Positions 30,601 through 40,959 of a stretch of 64,000 bases of DNA are shown here, one piece after another. The notes beneath the pieces were generated by a model. It was given only the letters and a program-made list of their open reading frames with translations, was not told the origin of the DNA and ran no database searches. The stretch covers positions 96,001 to 160,000 of the forward strand of contig CAWAWS010000002.1 in NCBI GenBank assembly GCA_963785725.1, given 5' to 3'. The position numbers and the translations under genes were made by a program. Source of the stretch: an uncultured delta proteobacterium. Its GTDB lineage: Bacteria > Myxococcota_A > Polyangia > Palsa-1104. How positions within the stretch are numbered: the stretch's first letter is position 1; every line of letters starts with the position of its first letter.

Positions 30601-32157
30601 TCGAGAACCCCGAGGCGACCAAAGAGGTCATCGGCGGCGACGGCTGGCTGCACACCGGCGATCTCGGCCGCTTCGACGACGAAGGCCGCTTGTACATCGT
30701 CGGCCGCAAGAAGGAGATGATCCTCGGACCGTCGGGCGAGAACGTCTATCCCGACGAGCTCGAGGACGCCTACCGCGAGTCGCCGTACATCAAGGAGCTG
30801 TCGATCGTCGGCTTGCCGGCGGAGAGCGGCGGCGAAACGGTGGCGATGATGCTCGTGCCCGAGTACGAGCCGTCGGGCGAAGAGCTGTCGCGCGAGGTGA
30901 TTCGCGAGCGCGTGATGGAGCACGTCAAAGGCGTGTCGGCGAAGCTGCCGCTCTACAAACGCGTCAAGCTCGTGCATTTGACCGACGTCGAGCTGCCGAA
31001 GACGGCGACGCGCAAGGTGAAGCGCAAGCTCGTCGTCGAGGAGATGCAGAAGCTCGAGCGGCTGAAAAAGCGCGCCGAAGAGACGCGCAAGACGGCCGCC
31101 GCATCCGGTGAGGGCGACGACGTCTGGATTCTCGCGCTGGTGGCGACGGTGGCCAATAAGCCGCGCGACAAGGTCTACGGCGCCGCGCGCATGGAAGAGC
31201 TCGGCTTCGACTCGCTCATGTACACCGAGCTCGGCGTGGCGCTGGAGGCGGCGGGCGTGGCCGTGCCCGACGCCGGCAACACCGACTTGACCGGCGTCGA
31301 GACCGTCGACGACCTGGCCAAGCTGGTGCGCGCGTGGGGCTACGCCGACAAGAAGCCCAAGAAGAAGACGAAGGCGCTCAAGGCGGCCGAGGACAACGAC
31401 GACGCCAACGAGATCCACGTGCCCGAGATGGTGGCGACGATGGGCCGGCAAGCGCTGACGTGGGGCCAGCGCGCGCTCTACGAGCGGCTGTTCGAGACGA
31501 CGGTGACGGGACGCGCGAACATCCCGGGAAACACCAGCTTCCTCGTCGCGGCCAATCACGCGAGCCACCTCGACATGGGCCTCGTCAAGCACGCGCTCGG
31601 CGATTGGGGCGCGCACCTCGTGGCGCTGGCGGCGAAGGATTACTTCTTCGAGGATCCGATCAAGCGCGCCTACTTCGAGAACTTCACGAACTTGGTGCCG
31701 ATGGATCGCCACGGCTCGCTTGCGCGAATCCTTGCGCCTCGCCTCCGAGGTCATGAAGCAGGGCTACATTTTGCTGATCTTCCCCGAGGGAACGCGGTCG
31801 ACCAACGGCGTGATGGTCGACTTCAAGCCGTCGATTGGCTACCTGTCGCTGGCCAACAAAGTGGACGTGCTGCCGATGTATCTCGACGGCACGTTCGGCG
31901 CGCTGCCCAAAGGCAGCGTGCTGCCGAAGCATCGCGAGATCGCGGCGCACATCGGGCCGCTCATCACCTACGAGCAGCTGAAGAAGGCGACCGAAGGCAT
32001 GCCCAAAGCGGACTCTTATCGCGAGGCGTCGCGGCTCGTCGAGCTGGCGGTGCGCAAGCTGGCGCCGCAGGGCAGCGTCAACCGCGGCCCGGCGGCGGCG
32101 CCGTCGACGGGCAAGCTCACCGCCGAGAGCGTCATGGCGCCGGAGGCGAGCGAATGA
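27666..32157 (+). CDS. elbD: Multifunctional ether-lipid enzyme: fatty acyl-CoA reductase - acyl-CoA synthetase - ACP - acyltransferase; +1 frameshift at ~31720
   Basis: GATGFVGK and [10 protein letters not shown] (FAR); [24 protein letters not shown] (A domain); LGFDSL (ACP); NHASHLD then, in the shifted frame, IFPEGTRS (AT). Same architecture as Myxococcus xanthus ElbD; SD AAGGAG. Confidence 0.9.
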
Positions 32158-33194
32158 GCGTCGAAATCGTTCGGGCACCGGGCGCCAAGCAGCGCGTGCT
32201 CGTCACCGGCGGCACCGGCTTCTTGGGCCGCTGGGTCGTCGACGAGCTCGTCCGCGCCGGCCACGGCGTGCGCGTCTTGGCGCGCGGCAGCTCGCCCACG
32301 TTGAGCGAGCGCGGCGCCGAAGTCGTCATCGGCGACGTCGTCCGCGACATCGACCCGAGCGAGCATCCCGACGCCGTCACGCTGGCGCAGGCGCTCGAAG
32401 GCTGCCACGCCCTGTTCCACCTGGCCGGCTTCGTATCGCGCGATCCCGGCGACGGGCAGCGCATGATGCGCGTGCACATCGAAGGCACGCGGCGCATTCT
32501 CCAGGCGGCGAAGGCGGCCGGCGTGCGCCGCGTCGTGCTCGCGTCGACGTCGGGCACCATCGCCGTGTCGCGCGAGCCCGAAGTCCTCGACGAGCGCGCG
32601 CCGACGCCGACCGAGATCGTCAGCGGCTGGCCCTATTATTTGTCCAAGATCTACCAAGAGCGGCTGGCGCTCGATCTCGGCGCGTCGCTCGGCCTCGAGG
32701 TCGTCGTCGTCAATCCGACGTTGCTGCTCGGTCCCGGCGACGAGCGGCAGTCGTCGACCGGCGACGTCAAGCGCTTCTTGCGCCGCGAGATTCCGGTCGT
32801 GCCCGAAGGCGGCGTCAGCTTCGTCGACGCGCGCGACGCCGCCCTGGCGACCGTGGCCGCGCTCGAGCACGGCCGCGCCGGCGAGCGCTACTTGCTCGGC
32901 GGCCCCAACTGGACCTGCGCCGAATATTTCGGCCGCCTGCAGCGCGCGTCCAAAGTGCGCGCGCCGCTCTTGAAGCTGCCGCGCAAGCTGCAGCTGCGCG
33001 CCGCCTCGTTCATCGAGCACGCCTACAAGGCGCTCGACCGGCAGCCGCCCATCGAGCGCATCTCGGTCGAGATGGCCGACGTCTATTGGTGGTGCGACTC
33101 GTCGAAGGCCGAGCGCGAATTGGGGTTCGTCGCGCGCGATCCGGGCGAGACGCTCGACGACACCATCCGCGACTTGCGCACCCGCATGATCTGA
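32154..33194 (+). CDS. NAD-dependent epimerase/dehydratase (positional equivalent of elbE)
   Basis: ATGA overlap with elb[28 protein letters not shown]. Confidence 0.9.
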   Translation: MSVEIVRAPGAKQRVLVTGGTGFLGRWVVDELVRAGHGVRVLARGSSPTLSERGAEVVIGDVVRDIDPSEHPDAVTLAQALEGCHALFHLAGFVSRDPGDGQRMMRVHIEGTRRILQAAKAAGVRRVVLASTSGTIAVSREPEVLDERAPTPTEIVSGWPYYLSKIYQERLALDLGASLGLEVVVVNPTLLLGPGDERQSSTGDVKRFLRREIPVVPEGGVSFVDARDAALATVAALEHGRAGERYLLGGPNWTCAEYFGRLQRASKVRAPLLKLPRKLQLRAASFIEHAYKALDRQPPIERISVEMADVYWWCDSSKAERELGFVARDPGETLDDTIRDLRTRMI

Positions 33195-33220
33195 TTCGGC
33201 AGCGGTGCTAAGTTAACGAA

Positions 33221-33427
33221 ATGCAGCGCTCGCCGCTCCTGACCGTCACCGTGCACTGCCCGCATTTCGATCGGCCGGTGCAAGCGCAGCGCAATGTCGC
33301 CATCGACCGGCTGTGCGCGTGCAGCGACAGCGCGCTCTGCCGCGATGACTCCAATCCGCCACCGGCCGGCGAGCACGCCCGACCGTTCCCGCACGGCTGC
33401 CCCGTCTTCCCGTCGCTGGCCAAGTAA
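33221..33427 (+). CDS. Small Cys/His-rich hypothetical protein
   Basis: 68 aa, 5 Cys (HCPH, CACSDSALC, HGCP); genome-typical codons; TGcTAAGTT -10 box 6 nt upstream. Confidence 0.6.
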   Translation: MQRSPLLTVTVHCPHFDRPVQAQRNVAIDRLCACSDSALCRDDSNPPPAGEHARPFPHGCPVFPSLAK

Positions 33428-33448
33428 ACAGCCGTTTACAAGCGCGCC

Positions 33449-33931
33449 ATGATCGTCATCGTCATGGGTCCGAGCGGCGCCGGCAAGAGCACCGTCGGAC
33501 GCGCGCTGGCCGCCACGCTCGGCTGGGAATTCCTCGAAGGCGACGACTATCACCCGCCCGCCAACGTCGCCAAGATGCAGCGCGGCCAGCCGCTCGACGA
33601 CGTCGACCGCGCGCCGTGGCTGGCGCGCCTCGTGAGCGAGATTCGCGTCCGCCTCGACGCCAACCGCGACGCCGTCCTGGCCTGCTCGGCGTTGAAGCGG
33701 GCCTATCAGCGGCAGCTCGTCGTCGACGATCGGGTGCGGCTGGTGAATCTGCGGGCGTCGCCGGCGCTGCTGGCCGAGCGGCTGGCGGCGCGCCAGGGTC
33801 ACTTCATGCCGCCGTCGCTGCTGGCGTCACAGCTGCAAACACTGGAGCCGCCCGAGCACGCCCTCGACGTCGACGCCGGCCAGCCGCTCGCCGACCTCGT
33901 GGGCCAGCTGCAGCAGGCACTAAAGTCTTAG
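33449..33931 (+). CDS. gntK: Gluconokinase (GntK/IdnK type)
   Basis: MGPSGAGKS, EGDDYHPPANVAKM..GQPLDD.DR.PWL, LACSALK, GHFMP..LL.SQ..TLE. Confidence 0.93.
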   Translation: MIVIVMGPSGAGKSTVGRALAATLGWEFLEGDDYHPPANVAKMQRGQPLDDVDRAPWLARLVSEIRVRLDANRDAVLACSALKRAYQRQLVVDDRVRLVNLRASPALLAERLAARQGHFMPPSLLASQLQTLEPPEHALDVDAGQPLADLVGQLQQALKS

Positions 33932-33937
33932 TCGCAG

Positions 33938-34805
33938 CTAGGCTTCGAGGAACGCGCGCAGCTCGCGGGCCAGCGCTTCCGGCTGATGCCGCTGCATCAT
34001 GTGGCCGGCGCCGGCGATCGTGACCTTCTTGGCCACCGGCAGATTCGCCTCACGCCGCGCCTGCTCCTCCGGCGCGTGCCGAAGCTGCGACTCGCCGCCC
34101 TCGACGAGCAGCGTCGGCGCCTTGACCCGCTGCCAAAAGCTGCGCGCGATGTCGAGGCTGAAAGCCGTAGGGCCCGGGCGTCGCGTGCAGCGGATCGTGC
34201 TTGAACCGCAGTCGACCGCCGAGCGCCGGCGCCGTGCCCTGCTCCGCCAGCCGCAGCGCCAACGGCCGCGCCAACAGCGGATCGTGCGCCATCAGCCGCT
34301 CCGCCGCCTCCTCGACCGACGCGTAGCTGCGCGGCGCCCGCTCGCGCGCCGACTTCCACGCCGCCAGCCACGTGTTGACGCGCTCGGGCATGGTCCCCGT
34401 CGACTCGGGCGGCCCCAATCCCTCGAGCAGCGCCAGCTTGTGCACGCGATCGGGATAGGCGCCCGCGTAATAGGCCGCGACGCTGCCGCCCATCGAATGG
34501 CCGACGATCGACAGCGTTCCCGTCGTCGTCAGCCCGATGAGCTCGTGCACGTCGGCCAGATAGTCGACGAAGTGGTAATAGCCGCCGGCGCCGACCCAGT
34601 CGCTGTCGCCGTGGCCGCGCAGGTCGGGCGCGACCAGCCTGAGCCCGCCGGCGCCGAGGCCCGCGTCGACGACCGCTTCCCAGCTCCAGGCGTGGTCGAG
34701 GAAGCCGTGCAGCAGCAAAACCGTGTGCTCGGCGTCGGCGCGGCCCCACTCGAGCACGTGATAAGCGAGGCCGGTCGGAAGCTGCAGCTTGCGGGACGCA
34801 GGCAT
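33938..34805 (-). CDS. Alpha/beta fold hydrolase; +1 frameshift at ~34162
   Basis: LLHGFLD, DLRGHGDS, VGHSMGG; corrected C-terminus ...PTLLVEGGES...AGHMMQRHQPEALARELRAFLEA*. Confidence 0.88.
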
Positions 34806-34827
34806 CTTCCTTTACTAGTTATCAGGA

Positions 34828-35277
34828 ATGCCAACCGCGCGCGAGGAAGCGCAGCAAATCCTGACACTCGTGCGTGGCGAGGCGCTGGCCGCCTACGATC
34901 TCGTCGAGCGCCAACTGAGCGTGCTCGTCATGCGGACGCAGGTCATGTTGTCGCTCTCCGGCATCGTCGTCACCGTCACCGGCTTCTCCGGCCGCGCCAT
35001 CGCCGACACCAGCCAAGTGGCCCGCCTGTCGATCTCGGCCGGCATCCTCGTCGTGCTGGCGTCGGCGGCGGTGGCCATCGGCGGCGTGCTCAAGCTGCGC
35101 TGGATGACGCAAGAGCTGGGCAGCGACGACATCGTCGACATGCTGGCGCGCACCATCGTCGCGCGCGATAAAAAGGCGCGCTTCCTGGCGCTGTCGCTGA
35201 CGCTGTTCATCGTCGGCTTCGGGCTTTACTGTTTCGCCATCGCGCAGCTGCTGATGGCGGCGCGGCCGACGACCTAG
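34828..35277 (+). CDS. Hypothetical membrane protein (3 TM)
   Basis: Three hydrophobic segments; codon bias; abuts yaeQ. Confidence 0.7.
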   Translation: MPTAREEAQQILTLVRGEALAAYDLVERQLSVLVMRTQVMLSLSGIVVTVTGFSGRAIADTSQVARLSISAGILVVLASAAVAIGGVLKLRWMTQELGSDDIVDMLARTIVARDKKARFLALSLTLFIVGFGLYCFAIAQLLMAARPTT

Positions 35278-35835
35278 ATGGCGCTGCAGCCGACGCGCTA
35301 CGAGTTTCGCCTGACGCTGTCGCACGTCGATCGCGGGCTGGAAGCGGCCGAGACGCTCATCGCCGCGCGCCATCCGTCGGAGACGCAGCGCCACCTGACG
35401 TTGCGCATCTTGGCCTGGTGCCTCTTGCACGAGGAGGGTCTGCAGTTCGGCCCCGGCCTCTCGACGCCCGACACGGCCGACTTGTGGACGCACGACCTGA
35501 CCGGCCGGCTCACCAACTGGGTCGAATGCGGCACCATCCCCGGCGAGCGGCTGCGCAAGGCGCTCTTGCATCACACGGGCGCGCATAGCCACGTCGTGAC
35601 CGACGACGCCGAGGACGCGCGCGTCCTACTCGAGGAGCTCGCCGTCAAGAGCTGGCCGCGCGGCACGCCGGCGCCGATCGTGTGGACGATCGATCGCGCG
35701 CTCGTCGCCGACTTGGCCGCGCGTGAAGATCGCCGGCAGCGCTGGAGCGTCACCGTCGTCGGCGACCACTTCTACCTCGACGTCGACGGCAAAGCGCTCG
35801 ACGGCCCGATCGCACAGCAGGCGCTGAATACTTAG
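35278..35835 (+). CDS. yaeQ: YaeQ family protein
   Basis: L..VDRG, ARHPSET, R.LAWCL, F..GLS.PD..DLW..DL.G....W.E.G. Confidence 0.88.
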   Translation: MALQPTRYEFRLTLSHVDRGLEAAETLIAARHPSETQRHLTLRILAWCLLHEEGLQFGPGLSTPDTADLWTHDLTGRLTNWVECGTIPGERLRKALLHHTGAHSHVVTDDAEDARVLLEELAVKSWPRGTPAPIVWTIDRALVADLAAREDRRQRWSVTVVGDHFYLDVDGKALDGPIAQQALNT

Positions 35836-35847
35836 CGGCGGTGGCCG

Positions 35848-36423
35848 TTACGGCGAGTATTGCGCCCAGGGCAGCCAGAACGTGCACACGACCGGGCTGT
35901 TGACGTCGCCGGCCATGAAGTAGCCGTAGACGTGCGCGCTGTCGACCGCGCTGAGCACGAGCGTGTCGCCGTCGCAGTCGCTGCCGTTGCACAGGCCGTT
36001 GCCGTCCGGCGTCGACACGCTCTCGGCGCCTTGCGGATAGACGACGCCGTCGGGCGTGGCCGCGCCCACTTCGGCCGAGAACGTGTACGAGCCGGCGGCG
36101 ATGCTGGTGCCGCTGCCGAAGCGGCTGAGCGACAAGCTGCAGTTGGCGCTGTCGACGGTGGCGTTGAGCGTGAACGTGCCGCCGCTCAAGGCGCCGGTGT
36201 CATCATACGAGTTGATCAGCGTCGCCGTGCCCGACGGCACGCCGGGCCCGTAATGCACGTTCTGCGCGACGGTGACCTCCAGCTGCGGCGACGTCCAGGC
36301 CGTCGTGGTCGTCGTCGTGCCGCCGTCGGCGTTGTTCTGGAACAGCTGACAGCCGGGCAGCAGCGCCAGCGACAAGATGCTCGCGCCCGTCAGTCCAATG
36401 AACGAGGCCAACCGGTGTTGCAT
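35848..36423 (-). CDS. Hypothetical lipoprotein
   Basis: Lipobox LPG-C; Thr run; beta-rich with paired Cys. Confidence 0.7.
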   Translation of the reverse strand: MQHRLASFIGLTGASILSLALLPGCQLFQNNADGGTTTTTTAWTSPQLEVTVAQNVHYGPGVPSGTATLINSYDDTGALSGGTFTLNATVDSANCSLSLSRFGSGTSIAAGSYTFSAEVGAATPDGVVYPQGAESVSTPDGNGLCNGSDCDGDTLVLSAVDSAHVYGYFMAGDVNSPVVCTFWLPWAQYSP

Positions 36424-36522
36424 GCCCGAACGCTAGCACGCCGAACGAACCGATCAGCACCCTTTACACAGTCTTAAACATTCGCATTCAGTGACATATT
36501 GGCATTCGCTCGCGTCGCCTCG

Positions 36523-36552
36523 TTGACATGTGACTCCATATTGAGTTACTAC
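36523..36552 (+). promoter_or_regulatory. Putative sigma70 promoter with overlapping palindrome upstream of GH13 pair
   Basis: TTGACA-18nt-TACTAC; GTGACTC-N6-GAGTTAC imperfect inverted repeat in the spacer. Confidence 0.45.
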
Positions 36553-36579
36553 GCGTCGTCGACGGCGAGGTCCCTTTCG

Positions 36580-38820
36580 TTGGCGTGGTTTCGCAGCGCG
36601 TTCCTGTTCGTGCTCGCCGTCGCGTGCGTCGGCTGCGGCGGCGCGTCGTCGGCGCGATGTCCGCTGACGGTGTGGTACCAGCCGTCGGCTTCAGCGGCCG
36701 CCGTGCCCGATGCGCTGGTGGGCTCGTGGGACCAATGGGCGCGGCCCGGCTTGCGCAGCTTTCGCAGCGTCACCGCCGCCGACGGCACCGAGTGGCGCAC
36801 GGCGACGATCGATCTGCCGCCCGGCACGTACCAATATGCCATCGTCGTCGGCGGCGCCGTCGTGCTCGACGCGCTCAATCCGCGCACGGCGTTCGTGACC
36901 GGCGACGGCGGCCTCTTCGGCGACGAAGTGTCGGAGGTGGAGCTGGCCGACTGTCGCGCGCCGACGCTCGCCGCCGTGTCCGCTGCCGCCGACGGTGACG
37001 CGCTCGTCGTCGCGGCCGATTTTCAGCCGGGCGCCGACGCGGTCGGGCTCGACGAAGGCTCGCTCGCCGCCGCCGTCACGCGCGGCGGCGCGGCCGTGGC
37101 GACCGCGGTGGCGCTGGCGCACGCGAGCGGCAGCGACGGCGTCGTGCATGTCACGGCGCGCGCACCGAGCCTGGCCGCCGGCAAATACACGCTGACCTTG
37201 ACCGCGCGCGATCGTCGCGGCCGCGCGCTCTCGGCCGCCGCCAGCGCGTTCGTCGCCACCGCCAACGCCGCCGCCGCCGCGCGCGGCGACGCCCTCGTCT
37301 ACCAAGTCATGATCGACCGCTTTGCCGGCCCCAACGGCGCGCTGGCGCCGCCGGCGTCACCCGGCGATCGCGCCGGCGGCACGCTCGACGGCGTCCGCGC
37401 CGCGCTCGACGCCGGCTACTTCGACGCGCTCGGCGTGACCACGCTGTGGCTGTCACCGGTCTACACCAATCCGACGATGGCCGAGCCGGGAACGGGCGGT
37501 CACCCCGTCGTCGCGTATCACGGCTATTGGCCCGACGCGCCGCGCACGGTCGATCCCTTGCTCGGCGGCGACGACGCCCTCGACGCGCTCATCGCCGACG
37601 CGCACGGCCGCGGCGTCCGCGTCATCCTCGACGTCGTCCCCAACCACGTCTTCGCCGACCACCCCTACTACGCCGAGCATTCGCGGCAGAACGTCGCCAT
37701 CGATCCCAACCCGACGGCGACGAGCGATCCCGGCACCATCAGCTGGTTCAACGACGGCCCCGGCCATTGCGTCTGCGGCGATCCCGGCTGCGATTGGGGC
37801 GCGAACATGGAGACCTGCTGGTTCGCCTCCTATTTGCCCGATCTCAACTGGCGCCATCCCGACGTGCTCGTCGCCGCGCCGGCGGATCTGGCGTGGTGGA
37901 TGACGCGCTTCGATCTCGACGGTCTGCGCCTCGATGCCGTGCCGATGATGCCGCGGGCCGCGACGCGCCACATCATGCACGCCGTCGGCAGCCTCATGTA
38001 TCGCGCGCCGATGGATCAGCTCGTCGTCGGCGAAATCTACACCGGCGCCGGCGACGCCGGCCGCGCGCAGATTCGCTACTACCTCGGCAGCGAGCTCGAC
38101 GGCCTCGACAGCGCCTTCGACTTCCCGCTCATGTGGTCGCTGCGCGACAACGTCGCGCACGGCGCGGCCAGCGGCTTCGCCGAGGTCGAGCAAGAGGTGG
38201 CCGCCGGCGCGGTCGCGTGGGCCGGCTCGGGCGCGACCATCGCGCACATGATCGGCAACCACGACACGACGCGCTTCGTGTCCGAGGCCAACGACGACGC
38301 CGACGGCGATCCGTGGTCGGCGCCACCGCCGCAGCCGACCGCGGTCACGCCGTATCGCATGCAGCTCTTGGCGTTGGCGTTCGTGCTGACGCTGCCGGGC
38401 ATTCCCGTCATTTACTATGGCGACGAAGTGGGCCTGGCCGGCGCCGGCGACCCCGACTCCCGCCGCGTCATGCCCGATCCGTCGACGCTGGCGCCGGCGC
38501 AGTCGCAGCTCTTGGCGACGGTGCAGCAGCTCGGCCGCGCGCGCCGCTGTTCGCCGGCCTTGCGCGGCAGCCGCACGGTCGCGCTCGCCGACGCCGACCA
38601 CGACGTCGCGCTCCTGCAGTCGGAAGCGGGCGCGAGCGCGATCGTCGTCCTCTCGCGCGCCGCCAACGACGCCACGCTCGACGTGCCCGGCCTGCCCGCC
38701 GGCCACTATCGCGACCTCCTGTCGACCGCCACGCTCGTTTCCGACGGCACCCACGCCACCGTCACCGCCGCTGCGCAGTCCGCCGCCCTCTATTTCCCGG
38801 AGAACGACTCATGTCTATGA
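36580..38820 (+). CDS. GH13 alpha-amylase family lipoprotein with N-terminal CBM48/Ig-like domains
   Basis: TTG start after GAGG; lipobox CVG-C; YHGYWP, DVVPNH, GLRLDAV, VGEI, GNHD, YYGDE. Confidence 0.9.
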   Translation: MAWFRSAFLFVLAVACVGCGGASSARCPLTVWYQPSASAAAVPDALVGSWDQWARPGLRSFRSVTAADGTEWRTATIDLPPGTYQYAIVVGGAVVLDALNPRTAFVTGDGGLFGDEVSEVELADCRAPTLAAVSAAADGDALVVAADFQPGADAVGLDEGSLAAAVTRGGAAVATAVALAHASGSDGVVHVTARAPSLAAGKYTLTLTARDRRGRALSAAASAFVATANAAAAARGDALVYQVMIDRFAGPNGALAPPASPGDRAGGTLDGVRAALDAGYFDALGVTTLWLSPVYTNPTMAEPGTGGHPVVAYHGYWPDAPRTVDPLLGGDDALDALIADAHGRGVRVILDVVPNHVFADHPYYAEHSRQNVAIDPNPTATSDPGTISWFNDGPGHCVCGDPGCDWGANMETCWFASYLPDLNWRHPDVLVAAPADLAWWMTRFDLDGLRLDAVPMMPRAATRHIMHAVGSLMYRAPMDQLVVGEIYTGAGDAGRAQIRYYLGSELDGLDSAFDFPLMWSLRDNVAHGAASGFAEVEQEVAAGAVAWAGSGATIAHMIGNHDTTRFVSEANDDADGDPWSAPPPQPTAVTPYRMQLLALAFVLTLPGIPVIYYGDEVGLAGAGDPDSRRVMPDPSTLAPAQSQLLATVQQLGRARRCSPALRGSRTVALADADHDVALLQSEAGASAIVVLSRAANDATLDVPGLPAGHYRDLLSTATLVSDGTHATVTAAAQSAALYFPENDSCL

Positions 38821-40922
38821 CGCGGCTTCTTCATCTGTCGTTCTTGGCATTGCTGACGCCCTCGATGATCGCAGGCTGCGGCTCAGGCACGACCGATCCG
38901 ATCCCGACTCCGCCGTCGAACCCGTTCAACCCGGGCAATCCGACGACGAGCGGCTACGGCTCGGGCGCGGGCTCGGGCGGCAGCGCCGGCGGCGGCGGCT
39001 CGAGCGTGCCCGTCGGCCCGCCGCAGTGTGATCCGTCGCTGCGCCGCTGTCCGCACACGTTCACGTACGCCGGCTCGTCGACGCTGCCGCTCACCGGCAA
39101 AGAGTCGTCGGTGACGCTCATCGGCGACTATCGCGCGGATTCGTGGACGAACGGCGACGCCATGACGCTCGCCGCCGGCACCTGGTCCGTCACCGTCGCC
39201 GTGCCTTACGACGCGCAGACGACCTACAAATTCCACATCGCCTACAGCGACGGCACCGCCGACGCTTACGTGCCCGATCCGAACAATCCCGTGACCATCC
39301 CCGACGGCTTCGGCGGCCTCAACTCGATCTATATGGGCACCACCTGCGACACGTGGACCTGCGCGTCGACGCAGATCGCCTGCGCGCAGGCGCCGCTCGC
39401 CGCCGGCTCGTTCGACTGGCGCGACGCCGTCATCTATTGGGCCTTCATCGACCGCTTCGCCAACGGCAACCCGGCGAACGACAAACCGATCGTCGACAGC
39501 CGCCTGCAGACGGCCACCAACTGGCAAGGCGGCGATTGGGCCGGCCTGACCGCCAAAGTCACGAGCGGCTACTTCGCGGCGCTCGGCGTCAACGCCATCT
39601 GGATCTCGGTGCCCGTCGACAACGCCGAATCGGTCGGCCAAGGCACCGAAGGCGACACCAATTGGTACACCGGCTATCACGGCTATTGGCCACGCGACTT
39701 GACGATCACCGAATCGCGCTTCGGCAGCGACGCCGACTTGAAGGCGCTCATCGCCGCCGCGCACGCCGCCGGCATCAAGATCATCGTCGACTACGCCATG
39801 AACCACGTGCATCAAGACTCGCCCATCTGGCAGGCGCACGAGACCGACGGCTGGTTCAACCCGCTCATGCAAAACGGCGAGACCTGCGTGTGCAACGGCA
39901 TCGCCAACGACGCCTGCAACTACGACGGCAGCCTCGGCAAGTCGTGCTGGTTCGCCGACTACCTGCCCGACTGGAACTTCTTGAACGCCGACGCGCGCGC
40001 TTACGTCGTCGACAACGCGGTCTCGTGGATCACCAATTACGGCTTCGACGGCTTTCGCCTCGACGCCATCAAGCAGATCGAGCCGATCTGGCTGAGCGAC
40101 TTCCGCGCCGCGCTGCTGGCGAAAGTGGAAGCGACGACGCAGCAGCACATCTACTTGGTCGGCGAGACGTTCTCGGGCGATCGCGATCTCATCAAGTCGT
40201 TCGTCTCGCCGTGCACGATGCTCGACGGCCAGTTCGACTTCCCGCTGCGCGCGCAGCTCGACCAAAACGTCCTCATGCGCCAGGGCGCGATGACCGACCT
40301 CGTCAGCTTCATGGACTCGAACACCGGCTATTACGGCACCAGCGTCATGTCGACGTTCCTCGGCAACCACGATGTCCCGCGCTCGATCCACTTCGCCGAG
40401 GACACGCCCGAGTGGACCGACGTTTGGGCCGACGGCAAAGATCGCAACTTCGCCAACCAGCCGGTGCAGCCGACGGCGCAGAATCCCTACGATCGCATGG
40501 CGACGGCGTTCGCGATCTTGATGACGAACCAAGGCGCGCCGATGATTTACTACGGCGACGAAGTGGGCTTGGCGGGCGCGGGCGATCCCGACAATCGCCG
40601 CTTCATGCCGGCGCCGTCGACGTATTCGGCGGTGCAGCAGTCGCTGCTCGCGAAGATGCAGAAGCTGGGCGCGATTCGCGCGGCGCACACGGCGCTCAGG
40701 CGCGGCGATCGCACGACCTTGTCGAGCGACGCCGACAGCTGGGTCTATCGCATGGCCGACGGCAGCGACACCGTCTACGTCGCGGTCAATCGCAGCGACG
40801 CGGCCAAGACCGTCGGCGGCTTGCCGGCGAGCGCGCTCACCGATCAAATGACCGGCAATGCGTTGGCCGGCCCGTCGGTCACGGTGCCGGCGCGCGGCGT
40901 GCTCGTCTTGACCGCGCCCTAG
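38811..40922 (+). CDS. GH13 alpha-amylase family lipoprotein
   Basis: Lipobox IAG-C; CBM48-like domain; GGDWAG, YHGYWP, DYAMNH, GFRLDAIK, VGET, GNHD, YYGDE. Confidence 0.92.
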   Translation: MSMTRLLHLSFLALLTPSMIAGCGSGTTDPIPTPPSNPFNPGNPTTSGYGSGAGSGGSAGGGGSSVPVGPPQCDPSLRRCPHTFTYAGSSTLPLTGKESSVTLIGDYRADSWTNGDAMTLAAGTWSVTVAVPYDAQTTYKFHIAYSDGTADAYVPDPNNPVTIPDGFGGLNSIYMGTTCDTWTCASTQIACAQAPLAAGSFDWRDAVIYWAFIDRFANGNPANDKPIVDSRLQTATNWQGGDWAGLTAKVTSGYFAALGVNAIWISVPVDNAESVGQGTEGDTNWYTGYHGYWPRDLTITESRFGSDADLKALIAAAHAAGIKIIVDYAMNHVHQDSPIWQAHETDGWFNPLMQNGETCVCNGIANDACNYDGSLGKSCWFADYLPDWNFLNADARAYVVDNAVSWITNYGFDGFRLDAIKQIEPIWLSDFRAALLAKVEATTQQHIYLVGETFSGDRDLIKSFVSPCTMLDGQFDFPLRAQLDQNVLMRQGAMTDLVSFMDSNTGYYGTSVMSTFLGNHDVPRSIHFAEDTPEWTDVWADGKDRNFANQPVQPTAQNPYDRMATAFAILMTNQGAPMIYYGDEVGLAGAGDPDNRRFMPAPSTYSAVQQSLLAKMQKLGAIRAAHTALRRGDRTTLSSDADSWVYRMADGSDTVYVAVNRSDAAKTVGGLPASALTDQMTGNALAGPSVTVPARGVLVLTAP

Positions 40923-40959
40923 CTGTACCGCTGCAGTCGATGCTGCTAGTGTACCGGCC

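Noticed and set aside
27666..33194. 1842-aa ElbD-epimerase mega-fusion in the ORF track
   Set aside because: Produced by an extra T near 31720. The acyltransferase continues in the other frame (IFPEGTRS) to TGA 32157, which overlaps the epimerase ATG, and the bridging translation is off-frame junk.
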